A stretch of 64,000 nucleotides of DNA. Source: Nitrososphaeraceae archaeon (GTDB lineage Archaea; Thermoproteota; Nitrososphaeria; Nitrososphaerales; Nitrosopumilaceae). Positions 19,815-27,850 of this stretch are shown here, in pieces. The stretch is from the NCBI GenBank assembly GCA_025930495.1, contig JAICOU010000001.1, positions 11,867-75,866 of the forward strand. Direction: 5' to 3'. Each line of letters starts with the position of its first letter. Position 1 is the stretch's first letter. A program made the position numbers and the translations under genes. Under the pieces are notes generated by a model, which saw only the letters and a program-made list of their open reading frames with translations, was not told where the DNA came from and made no database searches.

Positions 19815-20633
19815 TTGCAAGAAAAGTTTGACCCCCTAGTTGCAGAGTGGCTTTCATTTGTGAAAAATCCAAACTTCAATCTAGTTGAGAAATGTCTCAA
19901 ATTTGCTCAGATCCTAGAATATCCTGATCTAGATGTTGAAGAATATATTCAGAAAATTGCCGTTATCGGAAAATCATTAAAAGAGTCAATCAGTAATGTA
20001 AAAAATCCCACATATCTGATTTCAATTTTAAATGAGCATCTTTTTCAGAATTTAGGTTTTAGTGGAGATACTGATGATTATTACAATCCAAAAAACAATT
20101 TTTTAAATGAAGTAATTGATAAAAAATCAGGACTACCAATAACAATTTCCATACTATATGTTGAAATTGCAAAATTTGTAGGATTGGATCTTAAGATAAT
20201 CGGATTTCCAAGTCACATATTGGTAAAATATAATGAAGAAATGATTTTAGACCCATTCAATGACGGGATATTGTTAGATGTAGACGATCTGCAAGAAATT
20301 TTAGATGAGAATTTTGGAGGAGAATTAGAGTTTAAACCAGAGTTTCTTGATGATATAGGACATGAGCAAATTCTTGTTAGATTAGCTAGAAATTTAAAAA
20401 ATTCCTATGTGCAGTCTTTTGTTTACGATAAAGCATTGAGATGCACAAATATGGTTTTATCCATAGAACCTAATTCGCCAGATGACATAAGAGATAAAGG
20501 AATACTAGAAGAGAGAATATTAAATTCGGATGTCGCATTGGAGTATTTGAATAAATATTTAGAGATCAACCCAAATGCAGAAGATGTAGATTTTATTTTA
20601 GAACTAATAAGAAGTATAAAGACAAAAAATTAA
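19815..20633 (+). CDS. SirB1-like transglutaminase-core plus TPR protein
   Basis: GDTDDYYNPKNNFLNEVIDKKSGLPITISILY, FPSHILV and DPFNDG, with a C-terminal TPR-like region. Confidence 0.8.
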   Translation: MQEKFDPLVAEWLSFVKNPNFNLVEKCLKFAQILEYPDLDVEEYIQKIAVIGKSLKESISNVKNPTYLISILNEHLFQNLGFSGDTDDYYNPKNNFLNEVIDKKSGLPITISILYVEIAKFVGLDLKIIGFPSHILVKYNEEMILDPFNDGILLDVDDLQEILDENFGGELEFKPEFLDDIGHEQILVRLARNLKNSYVQSFVYDKALRCTNMVLSIEPNSPDDIRDKGILEERILNSDVALEYLNKYLEINPNAEDVDFILELIRSIKTKN

Positions 20634-20800
20634 TCAATAATAGAACTGATATCTTGTCCTTTTTTGATCATTGATATCTCGTGTCGGGCAATCTTGTTTC
20701 GCAGTGCTCTTTTAAGAATATCAACTTCGCTTCTAAGTAATGCAATCTCATCTTCGAGTTTTGCTACTCTTTCATAGATTGTTTCAGCTTCTGAACTCAT
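20630..20800 (-). CDS. 56-aa coiled-coil small protein
   Basis: Manual translation MSSEAETIYERVAKLEDEIALLRSEVDILKRALRNKIARHEISMIKKGQDISSIID*. Heptad pattern; fills an otherwise empty gap. Confidence 0.6.
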   Translation of the reverse strand: MSSEAETIYERVAKLEDEIALLRSEVDILKRALRNKIARHEISMIKKGQDISSIID

Positions 20801-20873
20801 AATTATTTATCATAAAAAATTTGTCTTAAAAAGTTATGGGTAATTATTTTGATGAGCTAGTTAGTTTTTTGAA

Positions 20874-21035
20874 CTATAATTCAAATTCCTGACGACATTT
20901 CTCACATTTTCCTCTCTCTTGACCAGGTGGACCAAGAAGGAAAACCTTACCTATTGTCTTACATAATGGACACATTCCAGTGGTTGCGTTTTTTGGACCA
21001 GAACGTATAATTTTTTGAGTTTTTCTACGTCCCAT
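20874..21035 (-). CDS. 53-aa zinc-ribbon microprotein (Elf1-like architecture)
   Basis: Manual translation MGRRKTQKIIRSGPKNATTGMCPLCKTIGKVFLLGPPGQERGKCEKCRQEFEL*: basic N-terminus plus two CxxC. Confidence 0.65.
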   Translation of the reverse strand: MGRRKTQKIIRSGPKNATTGMCPLCKTIGKVFLLGPPGQERGKCEKCRQEFEL

Positions 21036-21078
21036 TATACTTACAACTAAAACCGGTCTATTAAATTTAATTTTTCAA

Positions 21079-21165
21079 TGGCGCGGGGAGAGGGATTTGA
21101 ACCCACGAGTCATTGCTGACATGGGATTAGCAATCCCACGCCCTACCAAGCTAGGCGATCCCCGC
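21079..21165 (-). tRNA. tRNA-Ser(GCT) with encoded CCA
   Basis: GCGGGGA...TGGGA-TT-GCT-AA-TCCCA, long variable arm GTCAGCAATGAC, GGTTCAAATCC, ...TCCCCGC-G-CCA. One T:T mismatch in the T-stem. Confidence 0.93.
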
Positions 21166-21330
21166 ACAGATTGCCTTAAATTAATCTGTAAATAAGTCAA
21201 ACTTTTTATGATATTATTTGTCATTTTACCAGCATACGAGGTCCATTCATAGTAAATTACGAATAACCCGGTCTTTGATCTAGCCAAAAGACAGTACAAC
21301 TCCTAAAGCCACAATTACAGCAATAAGAAA

Positions 21331-21888
21331 TTAAAGTTCTATTGGATATTTTGAAAAATCTATTTCAAAACTTTTTCCCCATAGAAATTGAGGAGTTTCA
21401 TATGTGAATCCTAATGTCACCGATTGAATCAACAATAAAGAAAATGACACTTTAAGTTTTCCATAAGATATGAATTTCTTTTCGGATGTGGTTTGTACTT
21501 CGAAACCTATAGGGGTAACTTCGGTATTTACCATGAACTTCATCTTTCCAGTAAATGTTTGAGCTTCATTAACTAAAATTTTAAATTCTATGTGCGGTTT
21601 TATCGGTGGCAACGAGAATGGCATACTAAATTTAGTACCCTGAAAATCAATTTGGGTTTTGATCCCATCAATTAACGTCATGGAGAATGGTTGCGGCAGA
21701 TATTTCATCAATTCGGCAACAACAATATTTGTCACATTTCCTAAGAAATCAGCTTTTCCCTTTTTTGTAGGAATCATTTTGGTTATAAACGAAATCTCTT
21801 TTTGTATTTCTGGATTATTTGGGATATTTTGACCTAAGACATCAGCAATGAATGGTTTTACAATATCAACAAATTGATTCACAGACAT
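21331..21888 (-). CDS. Hypothetical protein (185 aa)
   Basis: Open ORF, coupled to the upstream cupredoxin gene by a TAATG overlap. No motif recognised. Confidence 0.55.
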   Translation of the reverse strand: MSVNQFVDIVKPFIADVLGQNIPNNPEIQKEISFITKMIPTKKGKADFLGNVTNIVVAELMKYLPQPFSMTLIDGIKTQIDFQGTKFSMPFSLPPIKPHIEFKILVNEAQTFTGKMKFMVNTEVTPIGFEVQTTSEKKFISYGKLKVSFSLLLIQSVTLGFTYETPQFLWGKSFEIDFSKYPIEL

Positions 21889-23069
21889 TATTCTTCAATA
21901 CCTCCTGTGATTCTAACTTCGACATGAGATGAGGTGTCTTGATTGTCATCATGCTTATCTGATTCAACTTTCTTTGCATCTTTTCCTCCTGAGCCTTTAC
22001 CGTGCAATTTTATGCCGATTGCAGTTCCTGCTCCAACAACACCAATCCCTATTGCAGCATATATCAAAATAGGTTCATCCTTGTCACTATCTACCTCATC
22101 AGGACATCCGTCAGAATCTAGATAATTATTTACGGTCTCAGATTGGATTGGACATTTGTCATAATCATCTGAAATTCCATCATTATCTGAATCTGTTATA
22201 GGCAAAGTATCTGGACACCCATCAGAATCTTGAAATCCGTTAACTGTTTCAGCTTGTGTTGGGCAAGAATCAAGGGTGTCGATTATCAAATCTCCATCAA
22301 AGTCAGTTACAGGGGGATTATCTGGGCAACCATCTTCATCTTCATATCCATTAAATGTTTCAGGAGAATGTGGGCAAGTATCAGCAGAATTTACAATTCC
22401 ATCCTTATCTGAATCTTGAAGAGGAATAACATCTGGACATCCGTCAGAATCTAGATAGTCATTGTATGTTTCAGGTACTGTGGGACATTGATCTGAATTA
22501 TCAAAAATCCCATCCTTGTCATTATCTACTTCATCAGGACAACCATCGGAGTCTTGAAATCCATTAACTGTCTCAGCTTGTGTTGGACATTGATCAACCG
22601 AATCAAAAATATCGTCACTATCTGCGTCAGTTGGTGGAATGTACTTTCCTTCTCCAACAAATATGGTTCCTGCCATCCAAGGATGTACCATACAATAGTA
22701 TGAGAATTCACCTGTAGTTGTTGGTGTCCATTCATATGAACTTCCAGCAATTACTAACCCAGAATCAAATTCTTCAGATGGGCCTAATGCTACATTACCT
22801 GCGGTGAATGTATGATCTACCGTATCTGTGTTAGAAAATATAACTTTACCACCTATAGCAACTGTTGCTTCTTTTGGAATGAAACATCCTTCTACAGTAT
22901 TTTCACATCCTGGTTTTCCAGAACCTTGTACTGAAACTATGATTACTTCTAATGAGTATTGTCCAGTCTCTACTTTGGAACCAACGCTGCCCATAGATTG
23001 TGCAAATGTATCATTAATGGAAATTACACTGACTACAACTAGTGCAAATAAAAATAAAATTTTCTTCAA
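21888..23069 (-). CDS. Membrane-anchored blue-copper (plastocyanin-like) protein fused to TSP3-like Ca-binding repeats
   Basis: Signal peptide; HTFT...FDSG...YYCMVHPWMAG type-1 Cu ligands (His, Cys, His, Met); several D.D.DGI.D..D.CP...ET.NG..D.DGCPD repeats; C-terminal TM helix. Confidence 0.85.
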   Translation of the reverse strand: MKKILFLFALVVVSVISINDTFAQSMGSVGSKVETGQYSLEVIIVSVQGSGKPGCENTVEGCFIPKEATVAIGGKVIFSNTDTVDHTFTAGNVALGPSEEFDSGLVIAGSSYEWTPTTTGEFSYYCMVHPWMAGTIFVGEGKYIPPTDADSDDIFDSVDQCPTQAETVNGFQDSDGCPDEVDNDKDGIFDNSDQCPTVPETYNDYLDSDGCPDVIPLQDSDKDGIVNSADTCPHSPETFNGYEDEDGCPDNPPVTDFDGDLIIDTLDSCPTQAETVNGFQDSDGCPDTLPITDSDNDGISDDYDKCPIQSETVNNYLDSDGCPDEVDSDKDEPILIYAAIGIGVVGAGTAIGIKLHGKGSGGKDAKKVESDKHDDNQDTSSHVEVRITGGIEE

Positions 23070-23110
23070 TAATTTTCTAAATTTTCTATAAACTTAAGGA
23101 TTTAGGAAAA
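23070..23110 (-). promoter_or_regulatory. Shared junction/promoter motif, copy 4
   Basis: Minus strand reads ttCCTAAATCCTTAAGTttatagaaaattTAGAAAATta-TTG, matching copies 2 and 3 located about 13 kb away. Confidence 0.6.
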
Positions 23111-23330
23111 AGAATAGAAGTGGGACTTATCTCTTCACTATCAATTCTTTTTCTAAGAAATATACAGTAATCTTGAAGTAAATCTTCTATCTCTTTTAAT
23201 GAAACTAAGAAACATTCATAATTTTTATGACACCAACCAGAAATTTATCTAAAAGAAATTTGTAAGTTTTGAAAGTATTTTTACCGCAAGAATTTTCAAA
23301 CAGAATTAAACATTGGGAGGTTTTATCCAT
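23111..23330 (-). pseudogene. Frameshifted, truncated remnant resembling the N-terminal core-binding region of a tyrosine integrase
   Basis: MDKTSQCLILFENSCGKNTFKTYKFLLDKFL, then a frameshift near 23237, then WCHKNYECFLVSLKEIEDLLQDYCIFLRKRIDSEEISPTSI. No catalytic domain. Resemblance judged by eye. Confidence 0.5.
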
Positions 23331-23464
23331 AGCAATCATCATTTAGACAAAAACCGAAAACCAGTATTAGAAAAACTATAGAGTAAACTAGGTTTATCCA
23401 CGTAATTCTAGGTATAATTCAGGTAATAATATCACGAAAATCAGATATTTTTCTGTAAATAAAT

Positions 23465-24211
23465 TCATTCGTCGCCAAACTGGTGATAATTAGTCACAAT
23501 ATCGTCAAGGACCATTCTTTTTCCACCTACAATTTTTAGATCTACACTAATAGATTTGTTGGAAATAGTAATGATGTTGTATGTATTTTCAAACAATCCC
23601 CTGACTCTTTCCGATGTTGCAGTTCCGGCATTTACTACCATGAGTTTTCCAAAATTCCATTCCCATGGTCGATGTTTATGACCACATAAAACTAGATCAA
23701 CCCCGGTATCTAATATGGTTCTTAGAACATCTCCTGCATCAACGACAGTTAATTGATCAGAGCCAGTATCTGGAATTGCGATAAGGTGATGATGCATTGC
23801 CAATATCTTTACTTTGTCTTTGTATTTTTTCATAGTTCTCTCTAACCACAAGTTTTGACGATATCCTACCTCACCTTCATTTCTATCAGGACGTGCTGTT
23901 CCAAGTGTCACTAAAACTATATCGTCATTTAATTCATTTATTGCCTCAAATGGAAAAAATTTTTTAAATAATAAATAACCAGTGTTTCTATAATCATGGT
24001 TCCCACTAATGGCGATAATTTTTTTTGTATTAAATTTTTTCAGTAACGTTGTACATTTTTCATATTCTTGCATTAGCCCCTCATTTGTCAAGTCACCAGT
24101 GACAACTATCACATCAGGATGAAGTTGATTCACCTCGTCTACAAGTTGATCAAATTTATCTTGAAGAAATTGAGAACCAATATGAAGATCAGATATTTGT
24201 ACGATTAACAT
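23465..24211 (-). CDS. Calcineurin-like metallophosphoesterase
   Basis: SDLH, TGDLT, GNHD, HH and GHKH motifs. Confidence 0.9.
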   Translation of the reverse strand: MLIVQISDLHIGSQFLQDKFDQLVDEVNQLHPDVIVVTGDLTNEGLMQEYEKCTTLLKKFNTKKIIAISGNHDYRNTGYLLFKKFFPFEAINELNDDIVLVTLGTARPDRNEGEVGYRQNLWLERTMKKYKDKVKILAMHHHLIAIPDTGSDQLTVVDAGDVLRTILDTGVDLVLCGHKHRPWEWNFGKLMVVNAGTATSERVRGLFENTYNIITISNKSISVDLKIVGGKRMVLDDIVTNYHQFGDE

Positions 24212-24337
24212 ATTCTATCAAAACAAAATCAAATTATGTTAATAAATTACCCCTATACGAAATATAGTCATTTATAAAAAAATTAGTTTAATTGGCAAGC
24301 GTAGAATTAAATACGCTCAATTAATAGTCTCGCTGAA

Positions 24338-25366
24338 ATGGGTAAAAAAGCAGCCGTGATTAATGGTGATGGAACTGGTCCTGAATTAGTAGATGCCATG
24401 ATTCATGTCTTAAAAGCTTGCAATAGCCAAATAGAGCTTATTCGCTGTGAAGCAGGCTCAGAGCAATGGGAGAAAAATGGTGGAGCCACATACATTCCTG
24501 AATCTACATCAAAAATCATGGATGAGAGTAATGCTTGCTACAAAGGTCCCACTACAACTATACCATCACCTAATGCTCCAAGAAGTGTAGCTGTTTCTAC
24601 ACGACAAAAATATCAGCTATATGCAAATGTTAGACCCATTAAGACATATGATAGACTTTCACCGAATAAAAAACTTGATTTTGTATGTTTTAGGGAAGCA
24701 ACTGAAGGATTGTATGCAGGAATTGAGTTTGATACATCTGAAGATTCTGCCATAGCAATTAGAAAAACAACAAGAAAGGGGTGTAAAAGAATAGCAGATT
24801 CTTCATTTGAATGGGCAAAAAAATATGGATTAAAAAAAGTAATAGCAATTACAAAAAGAAATATTCTAAAAAGAACTGATGGAATTTTTTGGACTGAAAT
24901 AGAAAGAGCTGCACAAAGTTATCCAGGAATTGAGATTGAAGAGTACTATATTGATAATATGACACAACAGTTAGTAAAAAATCCCGAGAGATTCAACAAT
25001 TCTGTTTTAGTAAGCACAAATCTGTTTATGGATATCATATCAGAATGTGCCTCTGGTAATATCGGTTCAATTGGAAATGTTTATTCTGCAAATCTTGGAG
25101 AAAATTATGCAATGTTTGAACCAGCACATGGAAGTGCTCCAAAATACAAAGGAATGGGCAAAGTAAATCCTACCGCCGCAATTTTGTCTGGAGCGTGGAT
25201 GGTAGAATATCTTGGTGAGCCTGAAATTAAAGATGCAATTTTCAAAGCCACCGAGAAAATAATTAATGAGGGGAAATTTGTAACGTACGATATTGGCGGT
25301 AATGCTAAAACAAGTGAAATGTCTGATGCAATTGCAAAACGTGCTGCTGAACTGTTAAAAAAATAA
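24338..25366 (+). CDS. Isocitrate/isopropylmalate dehydrogenase family protein (isocitrate dehydrogenase is the likelier activity)
   Basis: GDGTGPE, LYANVRP, REATEG, NLFMDIISE and FEPAHGSAP motifs. Confidence 0.8.
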   Translation: MGKKAAVINGDGTGPELVDAMIHVLKACNSQIELIRCEAGSEQWEKNGGATYIPESTSKIMDESNACYKGPTTTIPSPNAPRSVAVSTRQKYQLYANVRPIKTYDRLSPNKKLDFVCFREATEGLYAGIEFDTSEDSAIAIRKTTRKGCKRIADSSFEWAKKYGLKKVIAITKRNILKRTDGIFWTEIERAAQSYPGIEIEEYYIDNMTQQLVKNPERFNNSVLVSTNLFMDIISECASGNIGSIGNVYSANLGENYAMFEPAHGSAPKYKGMGKVNPTAAILSGAWMVEYLGEPEIKDAIFKATEKIINEGKFVTYDIGGNAKTSEMSDAIAKRAAELLKK

Positions 25367-25906
25367 TCACTTTTTAGCTTCAATAATTATTAATTCCTCA
25401 AAAAACATCTTCTTTTTTGCAAGAATTCGAGGGCTAAGACCTAATTTTTGTGCGTAATCCATTAGTTTTTGATAGTCAGAAAGAGACGAAGTCACAAAGA
25501 GGAATTTGCCTCCTATTTTGATATTTTTATGAATTGAATCAAATATCTTTTTAGGAACTTCAAATCCATCTTTTCCCCCGTCAGTGGCAGCATCCAAAAT
25601 TTCATCGGTTGCAAGATATGGAAGATTGCACACTATTAGATCAAATTCTAATTTTAGTGCATCAGAGCCATTGCAGCAGACCAAATTTTTTGTGCTATAT
25701 GTTTGATTTTTTAATACAACAAAATTAATGTCGGTTCCAACAACAAACGTAAAATTTTCAGACAATAATTTTGTCAGATATCCAGAGCCGCTTCCAACAT
25801 CTAGCGCAGAAAGTCCTTTCTCCTTTTCAATATAATCAGCAATGAAGAAGGTATCTTCAGCTGGAGAATATTCCTCATCTCTTAAGAATTTCTTTTGCAA
25901 GATCAA
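25367..25906 (-). CDS. HemK/PrmC-related protein methyltransferase
   Basis: YSPAEDT, LDVGSGSG, NLPY and DGGKDG motifs. Confidence 0.8.
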   Translation of the reverse strand: MILQKKFLRDEEYSPAEDTFFIADYIEKEKGLSALDVGSGSGYLTKLLSENFTFVVGTDINFVVLKNQTYSTKNLVCCNGSDALKLEFDLIVCNLPYLATDEILDAATDGGKDGFEVPKKIFDSIHKNIKIGGKFLFVTSSLSDYQKLMDYAQKLGLSPRILAKKKMFFEELIIIEAKK

Positions 25907-26582
25907 TTATTTCATCACCTGAAAGGTCATCTAGTCGTTTCTCTATTATGGTTTCTTTTCCAAACTGCTTAAAGATATTTTGTATTGTTTTTCGTCGATA
26001 TGAGAACATTTTGTTTATTACATTAATGAGATCTTTTTCAATTGATTTTTTTTTAATAATTTTAAGAACCACTGAATCAACATTTGGAGGTGGAGAAAAA
26101 TTATTCTTTCCCACATCTAAAAATTTTTCAATCTCAAAAGCATAATTTGCAATGATACTAACAGATCTTCTACTTTTTGCAGATTTTGTGAGTAGTTTTT
26201 CTGCAAATTCTTTTTGTACCATAATTACACCATGAGAAAAAGGAATGGTTGCTAACCACTCTATTGCGTCTTTGCTTTTTGAGTAAGGAAGATTAGATAC
26301 AAAAATTGAAAAAATATCTTGTTTTTTGAATCCATCACCATACTCTATTGATAGATTACCAATGCTAGAAAAACGAGATTTTGCTTTTTCGTACAATTCC
26401 CTGTCTGTATCTATAGAAATCACTTTTTTTGCATTTTCACATAATAATGGAATCAAAATGCCCAATCCCGTACCTAATTCAAACACTACATCATTTTTAC
26501 CAATTTTAGCCTCAGAAACGATGGATTTTGCTATTGCATTTGAGGTTAGAAAGTGTTGTCCTAATCTTTTTCGTTTAATCAT
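25875..26582 (-). CDS. rsmA: 16S rRNA adenine dimethyltransferase KsgA/Dim1
   Basis: LGQHFL, ELGTGLG, SNLPY, MVQKEFA and FSPPPNVDS motifs. Confidence 0.92.
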   Translation of the reverse strand: MIKRKRLGQHFLTSNAIAKSIVSEAKIGKNDVVFELGTGLGILIPLLCENAKKVISIDTDRELYEKAKSRFSSIGNLSIEYGDGFKKQDIFSIFVSNLPYSKSKDAIEWLATIPFSHGVIMVQKEFAEKLLTKSAKSRRSVSIIANYAFEIEKFLDVGKNNFSPPPNVDSVVLKIIKKKSIEKDLINVINKMFSYRRKTIQNIFKQFGKETIIEKRLDDLSGDEIIDLAKEILKR

Positions 26583-27145
26583 TTTTTGACAAAGAGATTC
26601 ATCCTACTTTCACCAGTAATCTCATCCATGATTCTCTCTGAAATATGCTTGACTGGTTCTTTGAAGCCTACTCTTTCCTGCAAATCTGCATAGCTTTGAA
26701 ATTTTTTCTTTTCTCTTTCTTCTAACATTATTTTCATGTATGTTTTTCCAATTCCTGGAATCAATTCTAGTGCATGAATTCTTGGTGTTAATGGCCTTGC
26801 ATTATTAAGATAATCTACAAATCTTGTCTCATTGTGAGTCACAATGTTGTCAACAACTCCACGTAATTCGCTTTGAGCAGACGATGAGATTTGCTCATAT
26901 TCTAGCTTTCCTAAAACAGAAAGAACTTTGGTTCTTCCTTCTTTTCCAATGTAGATTCTTTCTCCAACATCAAATGCAGAATTTGGAACTCCAAGAACTT
27001 CTAAGAGTGTAAGTCTATCTTCGCCAATTGCAGTAATAATAATTCCCTCACGTCCACGTACAGTAGAAGATTTTCCACGAGGATTGAAATCTAAAACATA
27101 TGCATATTCCTCATACTTTCTAGGTGGGGATTGAGCCCTGTACAA
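26579..27145 (-). CDS. DUF655 RNA-binding protein
   Basis: YEEYAYVLDF and HALELIPGIGK (HhH), in the conserved rpl21e-rpo4-DUF655-ksgA order. Confidence 0.88.
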   Translation of the reverse strand: MYRAQSPPRKYEEYAYVLDFNPRGKSSTVRGREGIIITAIGEDRLTLLEVLGVPNSAFDVGERIYIGKEGRTKVLSVLGKLEYEQISSSAQSELRGVVDNIVTHNETRFVDYLNNARPLTPRIHALELIPGIGKTYMKIMLEEREKKKFQSYADLQERVGFKEPVKHISERIMDEITGESRMNLFVKK

Positions 27146-27165
27146 AATAAATTTCTCCTTGAAAC

Positions 27166-27492
27166 TTAAGAATGCCCCTTGATAATTTTTAGCATTTTTT
27201 CTAAAGTTTCAGCAAGAATAAGTTTTTTCCAACCAAATGTAAATGAACGTAGTTCGGCCAAGCTGGTAGGTCTGATATTTACAATTTCAACAGCTTCTTC
27301 CTCTGTTAATTCACAATCTTTCATTAGTTGTTTTTTCATTTCTTTAGCATCTTTAGGATCAATTTTTGTAAATTTTGAAACATAATCATATGTCCAACGC
27401 TGAATTTGATCCATTTCTTCAACATCAACTTTACCTAAAATCTCTTTAACTTCTGAAAGAGAGATGCTTTGTTTCTTTTTTATCTCTTCCAT
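27166..27492 (-). CDS. rpo4: RNA polymerase subunit Rpo4 (RpoF)
   Basis: Q..TYDYVSKF and EEAVEIVNIRP.S..ELR; operon position. Confidence 0.88.
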   Translation of the reverse strand: MEEIKKKQSISLSEVKEILGKVDVEEMDQIQRWTYDYVSKFTKIDPKDAKEMKKQLMKDCELTEEEAVEIVNIRPTSLAELRSFTFGWKKLILAETLEKMLKIIKGHS

Positions 27493-27494
27493 GA

Positions 27495-27794
27495 TTATAC
27501 ACCGAATGGTTTGATATGATCTAATCTAGTGATTAAGGTTTTTGTTTTATTGCCTAGTTTTACATCAAGAGTAATAGCACGTCTGCCAACATTTGTTATT
27601 CTACCTACTTTTCCGTGATAACGCCTATGTGGTAATCCTTTGTGCTGTCTAGGATCAATAATGACAAGGGCTTGTTCACCTTCATGATATTCTCGTAGCA
27701 GGAAAGATACGCCTCTAGGAGCAGTTTTAGTCATTACAGCTCTTGCTTTGTGCTTAAATCCATGTGAACGACCATGAGATTTCTTAGTTGCCAT
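27495..27794 (-). CDS. rpl21e: 50S ribosomal protein L21e
   Basis: SHG...HKG.PHRRYHGKVG...HIKP motifs. Confidence 0.95.
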   Translation of the reverse strand: MATKKSHGRSHGFKHKARAVMTKTAPRGVSFLLREYHEGEQALVIIDPRQHKGLPHRRYHGKVGRITNVGRRAITLDVKLGNKTKTLITRLDHIKPFGV

Positions 27795-27850
27795 ATCTGA
27801 GTAGATTTCCCAATGACCCTATTTTAACACTTACGACTGGAGATGTATAA

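Noticed and set aside
21075-21299. 74-aa minus-strand ORF
   Set aside because: It runs through the tRNA-Ser gene, so it is a translation of structural RNA.
21079-23460. attL/attR duplication of the tRNA-Ser 3' end
   Set aside because: By-eye search of the flanking intergenic DNA found no partial tRNA copy, so no intact integrated element is claimed.
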